In this document: positions 30,401 through 38,900 of the stretch, piece after piece | Layout: each line of letters opens with the position of its first letter | Numbering within the stretch: the stretch's first letter is position 1 | NCBI GenBank assembly: GCA_000002435.2 | Contig: CM018789.1 | Origin: Giardia intestinalis | Lineage: Eukaryota | DNA: 64,000 bases | Direction: 5' to 3' (one strand) | The notes under the pieces: generated by a model | What the model was told of the DNA's origin: nothing | What the model saw: only the letters and a program-made list of their open reading frames with translations | The model's database searches: none | Program-made: the position numbers and the translations under genes

Positions 30401-32705
30401 CCTCCGAGCACTGCTATTGCAAAAGAATCAGCGCTCAGACGACAGCAGATCTGTCCTGTCCCTTCTATGCCGGCTTTGCAAAGCAATCTCCATGGTATCC
30501 TCCTTAGATGTTATGGGCATACTTAGTGCTGGTCTAGTTCCCCTTTTCCGGCGGCATCCTGAGCTTCTCTTGGGGATCTTATCAGATAGATACACAGGTT
30601 ACCAGGATCCTTCTGGCTGTATATTTCCACGTAGATATGGTCTGCTAGAGCCTCGGGATTTTATCATTCGTCTGCTGGAGCAACAGTCGCCGGAGTTCAA
30701 CCTTGAGAAACACCTCTCTGATCTCCGTGTGCTGGCGTCTAAGAAGGAGATGGACGTGTACGTCATTCCGGGGTTCCGTCGCAATCTTTCAGAAATGAAG
30801 CTTGCGCTCTTCGAGCTTCTTCTGACCAAGTGTCGCGATTTCATTTCTATGGGGCCATATCTCTCTGGGGATTATGAGAAGGATGAGGTTGTATCTGACT
30901 TGGTTTACATTTATCATATCATCCGTCCACCACTAGACTCTTCTGACGTCTTGTCCCGTGCACAGTACAGTGCTTTCGCTAAGCTGCTGTTTGAGAGGAA
31001 GGAGCTCTACGGCGCCCTTCTCCAGCTGGCCGTCTACGTGGGCCACATGTCATGGGATCACCTCTCCCAAGACGGGCACAAGGTGAGGAAGCACTTTGTT
31101 TACTCTGTTTTGGGCCTCTCTGTTTTGAATGCAGAAGTGGACATGAATAACTATAGTAGCTTCATCACGTCCCTGGAGGCTATAAAGTTCGAGGATAGAC
31201 TAAACTCTCCTCTACTAGTTCCGTTCGGGTGTGACATGCCCGGATTCTTTGTGCTGAGTTCGTGGGTGTATCAAGTACTGGCTGTTTTCTGGGAGTATAG
31301 TACATATCCGTGCGAATTCAGCACAATCCTCCAGAGCACCTTTCACAACCTAAAAGCTATCAAGAGCATCCCCGTATGGGAACGCGAGGATGAGGGTGCC
31401 GAGTATGTAGACAGCGCAGATAGTGACATGCCGATCGAAAAGCTTGCAACGTCTCTTTCTCTACCTGTTTCGCCTGCAAATACCCAAGCAAGCACATTAA
31501 AGGTCAAGCGGCCAATCAAGCTGAACGGCTTCGGACTGCTCGACTGCTCCATGCTCTGCCTGCTTCTCATCGTAGGCTCTAATAAGAAGCGCTTGGCGGA
31601 CTATACTAGCACCATTATAGACTGCTATGACTGGGCATGCTCCATCGTTGATTCAAAGAAGGCTAAGAAGGGGTTGGCTCTGTCACTTACGTTGTATGCG
31701 AGCTTATTTCTTTTGTCCTCTAACCGGCAAATCGTCAATGTTAACAGCAAGCAGATCTTCGGGCCTACTTGTCAACTAGTTAACACACTCTACACCGTTA
31801 GCCTAAAAGGCAGTGATCAATCTGCACACCATAAGGAAGCCTCAGCTTCTCAGCTAACAAAGAGCGTACCTGCAGCGACGGATCTGACCGTTTCGGTAGT
31901 GTCAGATAAGCTCGTTCTGAGTCACCTATGTCCTGATTCGAGAGTGCTGAACCAAAGCCTAGGATCCACAACGACGTCATCCATAGAGCAGGCCATCAAA
32001 AGTAAGGCAGAGGCAGAGCAGAGCAGTACCCTAGATCATATGAGCTCGCTTGAGAGGAGCACAGTTTACGGGTACGACGTTCCTGTCATCACTACACCCT
32101 ATCTCCTGCACATCATCCATTGCCTGATGGCATTTACAGATGTTTCATCGTCTGAGCCCCTTCTTGACACAATCAAATCCTTATTAATACTAATTTTGCG
32201 CCACTCACAAGTCCGTCGTCTCTTACCAGAGCTAGCCTCTCTTTTGGAGTTTACCAAATGTGTTATTAAGAAGGACACTCAGTTCATACTATCGAGTCTC
32301 ATACCCTCTGCTTCTGTCCTCGTCTGCTATCAAACAGCAGCCGATACCAACGTAACATATAAAGTTTTAGGAACCCTTGCATTTCTAGTGGACATAGAGT
32401 GGAGCTATAGCGCAGCATCCACTTCAATTTCTGATGCATTAGCTCACTTGTACTCTCACGTCTATACTCGGCCAAATACGGAAGTTCAAGGGCTTTTAGC
32501 ATTTTTCGCAAGGCTAATGGTTTCGGGAGGGATAAGTAGTTACACCCAATGCAACCTGCTCAGATTGCTGACCAATCTTGTAGAAAAGGCTCTGTTCTCC
32601 GCGCAAGAAGTCCTTAGTATCATAGAGAGTATCCTTCAGGACGCGTGCTCAGAGAGCGTTGCGGCACAATGCCTTATTTCGGCCAGTGTACTGTTAAGTA
32701 TGTGA
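24468..32705 (+). CDS. giant hypothetical Leu-rich alpha-helical protein (2745 aa)
   Basis: Uninterrupted 8.2 kb ORF. The ATG at 24468 has the context AATAAAAAACTGACACATG. No catalytic motif recognised. Confidence 0.6.
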   Translation: MFSSVIGGLRHPHGSSILSAAIESIKVLRDKRRCELLHRAISLIDEGLSDSSTTTAICRLSYLLFSPENPEPKELAEATEAGHLFWKVIRCISTSSNSSDKTSSLASYIACSSSQVTATEKKFFSIALLTDDALTNEMLIAAAANLYPALFCEYVLVQLPDAYKDESIEMLELLRTRAGVTHGHLEDILSILPQGTLTEDEILQLKEAVTSSLASASNVTFSAYPTPLLPVISRLLSKARPYSREHPAMYSSKGNPLLRILYRSLLQLDSQKQTSTIPGPWLMIQLVLAAAYAVKLQNKVWADTLLQRLLCIVPALEGKYSRILGLCALIHLATSYDTDNSLHAVLTPLTLDEIKLFLTKVEEWMKMDKSSIVLRTLAFQGAISIINSVKSQDQILLAQLAPSLLSVAAGIHHNIGTFINILNAFAAELLEFQGSAILSTLFDLQTAGLSGVSGLLRVADDVRSLVPQASIPLTTDLHAQLQPDLSWRQATLELIRKEKYGSKYGPRLLSSPLFQDLLQLHAFIAINVISFYRFTSALETFLLTCCVATPNNDSASILLRALESDQVSEDYNGPTSSEASFSSNFSTILDAYLSAGEHLFEVISTIYDLSSGLSSNIKAPAPPRLLPSTLRRLSELSILPDTFGYAEFFIVAATARVLVSLYLQDTKMVSNRIRFFPKKAKISSIVLLMGLYLLSDIPEFYRFSPDCASFLNMILPLCINLPLGKRKYRESVLGKHGGSPCHSSTNVLEDAECFSQQSLLSYSDLSYSVRSDGDPLRFHRISLVLAHILYTALSKQLCDLALVDDYLLIMVYISTGVFSSTDSSIESMDTGSSDLDESQCLLLSLTSSWLSPAPICKALLVFLFSNNMPLSLCSDYPGMFNFLTWNAKLIAIRLLDSTLDLLPDSARREVILSSRLYFHKLFVILTELLLIPLQPYISTLLSFLHKISNCLLSQDDVSLASSLGVAVTFPDEPLELVECTKKCMTVSDRMSEPPSYVHCRYKSASGVELFSYCAVLDDRSAITSLYAYLRALIAAHIRRLQEKIGSGKMALVPLEKHAIQQFFTEKRASSLSFSQMFPGMRFLGHSSHLVVGENLYAYFCGENSQLYQEAYTYWYDCFMLDLLFNIPDTFSLKLFNEYEKIKQTIGQQIKDRKKTATPFSDCYKVLTHFIYMHSLLSARRLLQASSVFSLERASSLQSILSAPTSLSTTEPSSRVNSMAQFPSSPCAGIITQGTRDSLLTDQDRRYQVELNIVLTTFWDIYDWARDKGAFSVRTIMHFGQCISAVSSSLVLAMITLCEQRSQSTAASVLLKCYADFCNAEQYYRPVTKLDEAVAAAERIGMVVPRMTSSTYQLEQCCKELIYFATNKSYLLFMDTTAYVLDALLRLPTRPAEFTTAQVLMHLLGYIVLYSGIPRLCRAIIESPIFHRSTGNISKLADSPSYSALYKANVDTIAEFLTNKNANVHSSLFVSYPVCSRYRRLAAYSTTLVDEILEHCWSSPHSWSINTDDSSDSETSPADVDVDKVTVSTRLARHCAEIPETPYVSESILDDDKRYNEHLHRPCEDLNGSMENLLSPELNTNVYSDQNEAHGSSSIFDAEYDAAHTLSRRNSVFRSARSLRNRSLSTTHELLPGDLSVYRALTASIAESKSAGPSELGSTAASFTNFLKDESRRSPPATSRSDARTTVQLAELKRLGYFHMSAISSMVSIMQLIDLPSEARALILGKACLCITFYESSLDHKEFFRTHLANRIIRLLLLAVEQRPQASTITSIVLMFFVCANSKLDISTLGKNYYTNVDKGPILPFLQPLASAILSYFLSLAPHILLQSIYGRYALQRVGVLNSYVDLIGFQQLYPQCIGHATNLDKVFEFAVLWCDASVWFHILKVLLVEGFINTSVDNHTLIYRRTLLRTDGDLVIRMRNLTFIRTIDSLANGTIYRATAQFLLTLGEHTCIQTVLYLISKCVMPLHGYRVGRLLYSFLRALLLQKNQRSDDSRSVLSLLCRLCKAISMVSSLDVMGILSAGLVPLFRRHPELLLGILSDRYTGYQDPSGCIFPRRYGLLEPRDFIIRLLEQQSPEFNLEKHLSDLRVLASKKEMDVYVIPGFRRNLSEMKLALFELLLTKCRDFISMGPYLSGDYEKDEVVSDLVYIYHIIRPPLDSSDVLSRAQYSAFAKLLFERKELYGALLQLAVYVGHMSWDHLSQDGHKVRKHFVYSVLGLSVLNAEVDMNNYSSFITSLEAIKFEDRLNSPLLVPFGCDMPGFFVLSSWVYQVLAVFWEYSTYPCEFSTILQSTFHNLKAIKSIPVWEREDEGAEYVDSADSDMPIEKLATSLSLPVSPANTQASTLKVKRPIKLNGFGLLDCSMLCLLLIVGSNKKRLADYTSTIIDCYDWACSIVDSKKAKKGLALSLTLYASLFLLSSNRQIVNVNSKQIFGPTCQLVNTLYTVSLKGSDQSAHHKEASASQLTKSVPAATDLTVSVVSDKLVLSHLCPDSRVLNQSLGSTTTSSIEQAIKSKAEAEQSSTLDHMSSLERSTVYGYDVPVITTPYLLHIIHCLMAFTDVSSSEPLLDTIKSLLILILRHSQVRRLLPELASLLEFTKCVIKKDTQFILSSLIPSASVLVCYQTAADTNVTYKVLGTLAFLVDIEWSYSAASTSISDALAHLYSHVYTRPNTEVQGLLAFFARLMVSGGISSYTQCNLLRLLTNLVEKALFSAQEVLSIIESILQDACSESVAAQCLISASVLLSM

Positions 32706-35591
32706 TTGTGTGTCACTTAATGGATTTAGGTCGGAGAAATTTATCAAAAACTCCCCCATGAAGGAGAAATACTCATTGCTGTCGACTTGGATGGAGTCCT
32801 GCGATCCCTCCAACGGGGATGTTGACGCCCCGTTGACTATAGCTTCTAGGAGCGCTGAATCGGCGTTTGATGCAGTGAATTCAAAGACAGTGGACGAGTC
32901 CGTAAAGTCATCCGTGCTGCTTTCTGTCGCTTGGTTGGCCACTTTGGAAAGTAGTAAGTCATAGCTGTGATCAAGTAGGCGTGTGCTGAGATCCATTATG
33001 GCCCCTGTTTGCAGCAGGTACTTGACTGTCGGGTTAGGCTCATGGGTGGCAGCCGCTGCCAATCTCTTTATGGAAAAAGGGATGAGGTTAGAGATTCGTT
33101 CAAAAAGCCTGGGCCTCAGCTGCTTCCAGTCAATCGTGAATATAATCTTATCAGAGATGCCACCGGCAAGTCGTACGATGCTTCTGAAAAGATTGATGTA
33201 GTGGGTAAGACCACTGCTCCACAAATTCCCCTCGCAGTCAACAATCTTTACGAACTCCTGACCGACGTCAATGAAGGAGCTCTGCAAGCAGATGGTGTCG
33301 AGTACATTCGGATCTGAAATAAACAGCTCAACACAGGGGATGAGGATGCGGCCAACCGCAAAATGGAGTGCTGTGGCATCTGGATAGCTGTAGAAAAGCT
33401 TGCACATCCCCTTAGTCAGCCCAGCATCTAAAAGATCTAACATCAAATTGCGAAGAGAGATAGGCAATGCACATCCATCCTTCAAGAGATATGTAGCTGA
33501 GATGGCTATTTCAGACGGGCCTCCAGATCCTGCTCGAGCGGAGTATGGTATCGGTGCCTCCAGCAACGGTTCCGTTACTCGCTGAAGAGAGTCTCGCTGC
33601 TGTATCTTTCCATTAAACTCATTCGAAGGCTTAGCTCCAGTCTCCTTGAAGTATAAGTATGCTTTGATGTCAGCAGTAACAGAAAGGATCCGTGCATACA
33701 ACATTAAGTAGTGGTACAGATAAGCAATAAACCGTGATGTATGTGAGTGCTTGACAATACTAGGATAAGAGCTGGTTGTCTCATCGACAAATTGTACAAG
33801 CGTTCTGGTTAGAGTGCCTAGTCTATACACAATGCGAGGATACACCATTCCAATTTCTTGCCATAAGAGAAAATCGTTTTGAGCAAAATTAGATGACTCT
33901 ATCGACATCCTCAAAGCTGTTTTGAATATGAGGGAGAGGCCTATGGCTAAAACTTTACCACATGCATTGAAGCATGTACACACGAATAGACTCAAATCTT
34001 CTGTGACTTCAACCAGTGCATGGAGCTCACTTACATACGAATTCAGTGTGGTCAGAAGCGATGGGAGCTCGGACACGGCTAATATAACAAGCCCAGAAAT
34101 ACGACAATTGAAGAGTTTTTCATATAAATGCATGATAGATAGCAGAGTTGACAAGCAAGTTCGACTACCAACGGCAGTGACCAACTGAGCGCACAGATTG
34201 ACCTGTGAAGCGCAACGCACCAGCGCCGAATTGATTTCTTCGTCATGAAATTGCGATCCCACATCTATAAGAGTGAGAAGAGTCCCAGCAACCTCCTCGT
34301 ATTGTATGTTGGAAAGCAATTGCTCAAACAAGCTAGGTTGCTCTGCATACGCAAATAGGAGAAGGGCAGTGGATTGTTGAGTGATCAAAAGGCTGGTCAC
34401 GATGCGCTTAAACGTCTTGAGATAAAGTTGTGACGGGTTTGTTGGAAGAAACAGAAGCTTGCGAGCCAGCTCAGTGTCTCGCAGAATAAGATTCTGTAAT
34501 GTAAATTCTTCAAAGCTATAACGCAAAAGGACAACGAAGATGTCGAGACAGTCTTCGTGGTCTAAAGTACAATTAGGATGATTAGTAGAAAAGATATCAT
34601 CAATGCGGTCATTGGCCGCTCTAGGGGACGTATAGATATATTCAATTATCCAGGCGACGTTGGCCTTGTCAATAAGAAAGGGTAGAAGCTCTTCTGCATT
34701 ATAGCTGGAGGCACGGAACGTATTGTTGCAGAGAGACTGCGCAGCCAAGAAAAAAGAGTTAAGTTCAGTGCTGAACGACGTAGTATTGTCTAGTTCAAGA
34801 TCCTCGCTAATGTTGGACTCAGTTGGGTCGTAGAGTGTCAATGGAGAGCAATTGAGCGGTGACAAAAACGTAAAGCTGGCATAGCTAGATGACAATAGCC
34901 TAGGCCAAAAGCGCTCCTGGCTGTGCTGCAAAGAGAGGAGGGTCGAGAGTAGTCGCCCTAACTCCTGCGAGTAGCCACGATGCTTGACAGTATGTACTAT
35001 GGATTCATCAGTGAACAGAGGAGAGGCAGAGCAAGGGAGATCTGCTACATATTTATATAAAACTCTTCCCAGAACAAGGAGTTCTGCCTCCACAGCGCTC
35101 AAGTTTGATGGCACATGCTCACCTTCAAAGCAGCACCCATTGGCCTCTGCACACACTTCTTCACTACAGAAAAAGAGGGGGGACACTAGCTTAAGGGAGT
35201 GACTGCTATCAAGATATGCCAAGTTTGCACTGATCAAATTGAGGTAATTTAAAGTAGGAGTTCGGTCAATGGAGTCTTGATAGAAGCTGCTGTACTTGTA
35301 GCGGACCGTTTCCATTGTAGATAGAATGAACCGCTGCAATTCTCTTTCAGATAAACGAGTGCTTTTTTCTGGTTGGACTGCAGGTTCACTTTGGACAATA
35401 AGTCGCCTACATCCGTCTGTGTTGAATGTCATTCTGCATCCTTGCCCTTCTTGGTCTATGATGAGACACTCGGGACGCATCAAGCAACTGAATCGAGAAG
35501 ACTCAACGTGCTCAAGAAACTCTGCAGGACGTTTAGAGCATAAGATATGCACCACAACACTACCTGAAGTGTACTCAATATGTAGTTTCAT
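32694..35591 (-). CDS. hypothetical protein (965 aa)
   Basis: Uninterrupted ORF. The ATG at 35591 is preceded by an AT-rich stretch (TTTTAAAAATTT). Its 3' end overlaps the previous gene by 12 nt. Confidence 0.55.
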   Translation of the reverse strand: MKLHIEYTSGSVVVHILCSKRPAEFLEHVESSRFSCLMRPECLIIDQEGQGCRMTFNTDGCRRLIVQSEPAVQPEKSTRLSERELQRFILSTMETVRYKYSSFYQDSIDRTPTLNYLNLISANLAYLDSSHSLKLVSPLFFCSEEVCAEANGCCFEGEHVPSNLSAVEAELLVLGRVLYKYVADLPCSASPLFTDESIVHTVKHRGYSQELGRLLSTLLSLQHSQERFWPRLLSSSYASFTFLSPLNCSPLTLYDPTESNISEDLELDNTTSFSTELNSFFLAAQSLCNNTFRASSYNAEELLPFLIDKANVAWIIEYIYTSPRAANDRIDDIFSTNHPNCTLDHEDCLDIFVVLLRYSFEEFTLQNLILRDTELARKLLFLPTNPSQLYLKTFKRIVTSLLITQQSTALLLFAYAEQPSLFEQLLSNIQYEEVAGTLLTLIDVGSQFHDEEINSALVRCASQVNLCAQLVTAVGSRTCLSTLLSIMHLYEKLFNCRISGLVILAVSELPSLLTTLNSYVSELHALVEVTEDLSLFVCTCFNACGKVLAIGLSLIFKTALRMSIESSNFAQNDFLLWQEIGMVYPRIVYRLGTLTRTLVQFVDETTSSYPSIVKHSHTSRFIAYLYHYLMLYARILSVTADIKAYLYFKETGAKPSNEFNGKIQQRDSLQRVTEPLLEAPIPYSARAGSGGPSEIAISATYLLKDGCALPISLRNLMLDLLDAGLTKGMCKLFYSYPDATALHFAVGRILIPCVELFISDPNVLDTICLQSSFIDVGQEFVKIVDCEGNLWSSGLTHYINLFRSIVRLAGGISDKIIFTIDWKQLRPRLFERISNLIPFSIKRLAAAATHEPNPTVKYLLQTGAIMDLSTRLLDHSYDLLLSKVANQATESSTDDFTDSSTVFEFTASNADSALLEAIVNGASTSPLEGSQDSIQVDSNEYFSFMGEFLINFSDLNPLSDTQSHT

Positions 35592-35750
35592 TTCAAATGT
35601 AATAATGTTGCCACTTATGAATGACTTGAGGAAATTTTTAAAATCTCAAATCCTCTTCATTGAGGTATTTGGGGAAAGTTGTGCAACAGCTTTTCTTGTT
35701 CAACATGCCAATTGTTGTCTTGTAACGCAACGCCCAGAGGTTATACTTTA

Positions 35751-35774
35751 AGTCTCTTGAGTCTCTTGAGACTT
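35751..35774. repeat. tandem 9-mer (GTCTCTTGA x2) with flanking 6-7 nt inverted repeat (AGTCTC…GAGACT)
   Basis: Read directly as TTTAAGTCTCTTGAGTCTCTTGAGACTTATT. It sits inside the unusually long 390 bp spacer at 35592-35982. Confidence 0.6.
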
Positions 35775-35982
35775 ATTGGTGTTCTGTTTTGCCTTTGTGT
35801 GAGAGTATTTCTAGAGTACTTCTGCACCTTCACTGGCGTCGTGGCCTATGCGGCACTTAGGGTCTGCGTGGACACTCGACCACATGCGCTTATGTTATGG
35901 CAGTTTAAAAAATTCTTGTAAAAATCGACTTCGAGCTGTAAACGAAAATGCTCAATTTCAATCAGGTATCTTTAAGTAAGGT

Positions 35983-38900
35983 TTACACGGAATACAGGTA
36001 TCGTACATCTGCCTTAAATACGTAGTCGAACTGTTGATAGTTCTTCTGTCCATTGTGAGTATACAGGACCCGATTGAAGTCCATCTCGCGGTCAATATAG
36101 ATTTTGATTTTTTTAGGTATGTAGGTCTCTGACAACCCTGCAGCTCTTATGGCGGCGGCTATATCTTCTAGTACAAAGCGTTCAACCGCTTGCGCCAGCG
36201 CTCTGGTGAAATTGGTCGGAGACACGACTGGCAGAAAGACTCTCATTAGATCATCTTCGTCCTTACCGTAGCGTTCGCACAGAAGCCCATCACGCGATGA
36301 GATCTTGCTACTGATGACGGAGGACATCGATTGGACAGACGGAGTAAGGCCCCGCTCAACGACGGCCACTTCTCCCTCTGAATCCAAGGTATCTTCGCAA
36401 CCTTTGATTCCAGAGGTCTCTAACACAACGTCATGGGAGGTGGCTCCCTTGAGCTTAATCTTCTGTTCTCTGTACCGGGCTTCTAGCAAATACTTCTTGC
36501 AGTTGATAATACATACTGTGTAGTTAGTATTGGGATTGGCAAACAGGCAACACGTTATTATGTATGGAATGCTCTCAATGATTCTGTTTGCTAGATCTCT
36601 GTCGAGAATCTGCTTGCCGAGCACAAGGTGTTTGTGGAGCGATCGCAAGTAGACCAGGCGTCCGTCCGGAAGAAGCTTGATTAAGTCCCCAGTATGGAAG
36701 TACCCGTCTGCATCAAAGATGTCATTAGCTTTAAAGAGATCACACTGCTTTTTCTGCGGACAGGAAAATGACCCTTGAAAGAGGGACAGTGAGGTATACC
36801 GCTTTGAGTATGCGTCTAAGAATGTATCAGTGGTGCAAGGTTCGGCATGCACAGGAAGGATATCTGCTGCGCTGGTGGACTCCTTGCCGAGAGGTGCAGG
36901 TACGCTCTTAAGCTCAGGCATTTCATCACTGATTATTGTATCTGGAGAACAAATGCCTTTCAGTACCACATTGAGAGGAACGTCTTGGTCGCAAAGTTCG
37001 TGGGACGTATCTCTAGAGGGCGATGTCGCAAGGGTATTGCTTTTTGGTTTTTCTGATGGCTGACTGGATCGTACAAAGCTCTGGTCCTTGACGCTCAGGG
37101 GAATTCCGCAGGCAGAGCCAGACAGTTTGTTGAGCTTCAGCTCGCTAATGGTTATGCTTTGGCGAACAGACGAGGCAGTTTGCGACATGAGTGGAGGGTT
37201 TAGTCGTAAATCTTCTACACTCATGCTAGAGAACTTAGAGAAGCCCGCAAGCCCTTGTTTATTGACTATGCTTGCAATTCCTAATTGTGCACCAGAAGAC
37301 GTGGGAGTGTCGTCGACAGAGCCAGGTTCTGGCCCAAACAGTGACGGTCTCTTGATAATGTCCTTAGAAATAGCCTGTGTATCTGCTGCGGCCAGAGCTG
37401 AGTTGGGTTCTGGAGACTCTTGGGCATCATTGTTATGGCTCGGCGATTGGGTCGAAGAAGCTACTGTTCTAATGGGCTTCAGCTGGCCGCTGTCATTAGA
37501 ATCTAACCGTGAATTTTCGGCATTAATAGCGTACAGCAAAGCAACGGCTATACTGTGCTGTCTCTCAGCCAGATTGGGGGCCTTGAAGAGACCCATATGC
37601 TCAACCTTTTTCTTTAGAATCTTGACAACACCCAGAGTTGACATCCTGAAGGGACTAGAGCAGAACTTGAACATGTGAGCGATCTTCCGGAAGAGGAGGG
37701 ATCCAGAGTAATTGCCCGCAACAGCCATTTTCCCCTTGAAACAAAGCTCACCAACCCCGTCTCTTTCCAATGAAAACTCACACCTCTCCTTGCAGTCCAT
37801 CACCACGCTGGAAATACCTGGCATGGATCTGCCCAGCAAACCTTCGTAGGACGGCAGGTCATGATAGTATGTGTAGCATCCCAGCCCCAGAAACTCTGAG
37901 ACCCCATAGACAGTTGAAAAGATACCCCCAGTGCCCACCCGAAAGAACTCAATGACCTTGTGCTGTAGCGGGCCGCCGATTGAAATGAAGTGAGTCGTAT
38001 TGCCTCCAAAGGCTTGAGCATTGATAAACCTTAGAGTTGAGGGGAGCTTTAACGTGCTCACCTGTGACTGGTAAAAAAGCGTCTTCAGGGATACCATTAG
38101 GGATTGCGATAGGCGACCATTTGCTTTCAATATTGGAGATAAAAACGCGTTGGCAAGGCGATGATGCTTGGCGATAATCCTTTCCGTGGTCTTGTAATAT
38201 GGTGTTAACCGATGATTTCTAAACGAAGAGAATGTGTCCAGTATCCTTTTGCAATCATCATTAGAGACTCGTTCGGGGACCACGCGGGAGGCCTTTATGA
38301 GCGCCTTTTGCGAGTGAGCAAACACCTTCTGGATCGCAAGCGCATGGGGGTCGTCGCTACTGGTTTGCGGCTTAGTATAATCCGCAGCAGCCAAGTCAAC
38401 GTTTAGATTGACAGTGAGAGGCCCGAAAGGACCAGAGGTCAGCTGATCAACTCCAACCTGATCCAGGAACATCGACTCCTGACAGATGCTGTCCATCTTA
38501 TCTGCACGTCGCTCGAGATCCTTCTCTATGCGGTCGACTTCCTTATTTCCCAGTTCAGTCAGATATGTCAGCCCCGCCTTGTAGATTCGTTGATATATCT
38601 GGCATGTTCCCACAAATAGCGTGCATTGACTGTCTCTCAGATCAAGCATAAATTGTCTGTCGATTCCGGATGAATAGTATATTTGGTAGCCTCTAATGTA
38701 TGCGAGATGCTCAAGAACCCTCTCAAAGGGCATGGAGAGAGGAAGATGGGAGAGAAAGGAGGGCTGGTGGTGGACAAACCCGGATGATTTGATTGACGGA
38801 CTTCCTGGCAGGATAACATCGGCTGTAAAGGCTCTCGTCCCGGATCCTCTGCCAACAAAGATATTGGTCAAATGCTTTGCTGAGTTTCCTGGGCTTTGCT

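Noticed and set aside
35679-35921. 80-aa Cys-rich ORF in the long spacer
   Set aside because: It has no A-rich ATG context, the listed start is non-ATG, and the sequence is low-complexity. I think this region is more likely non-coding (see findings).
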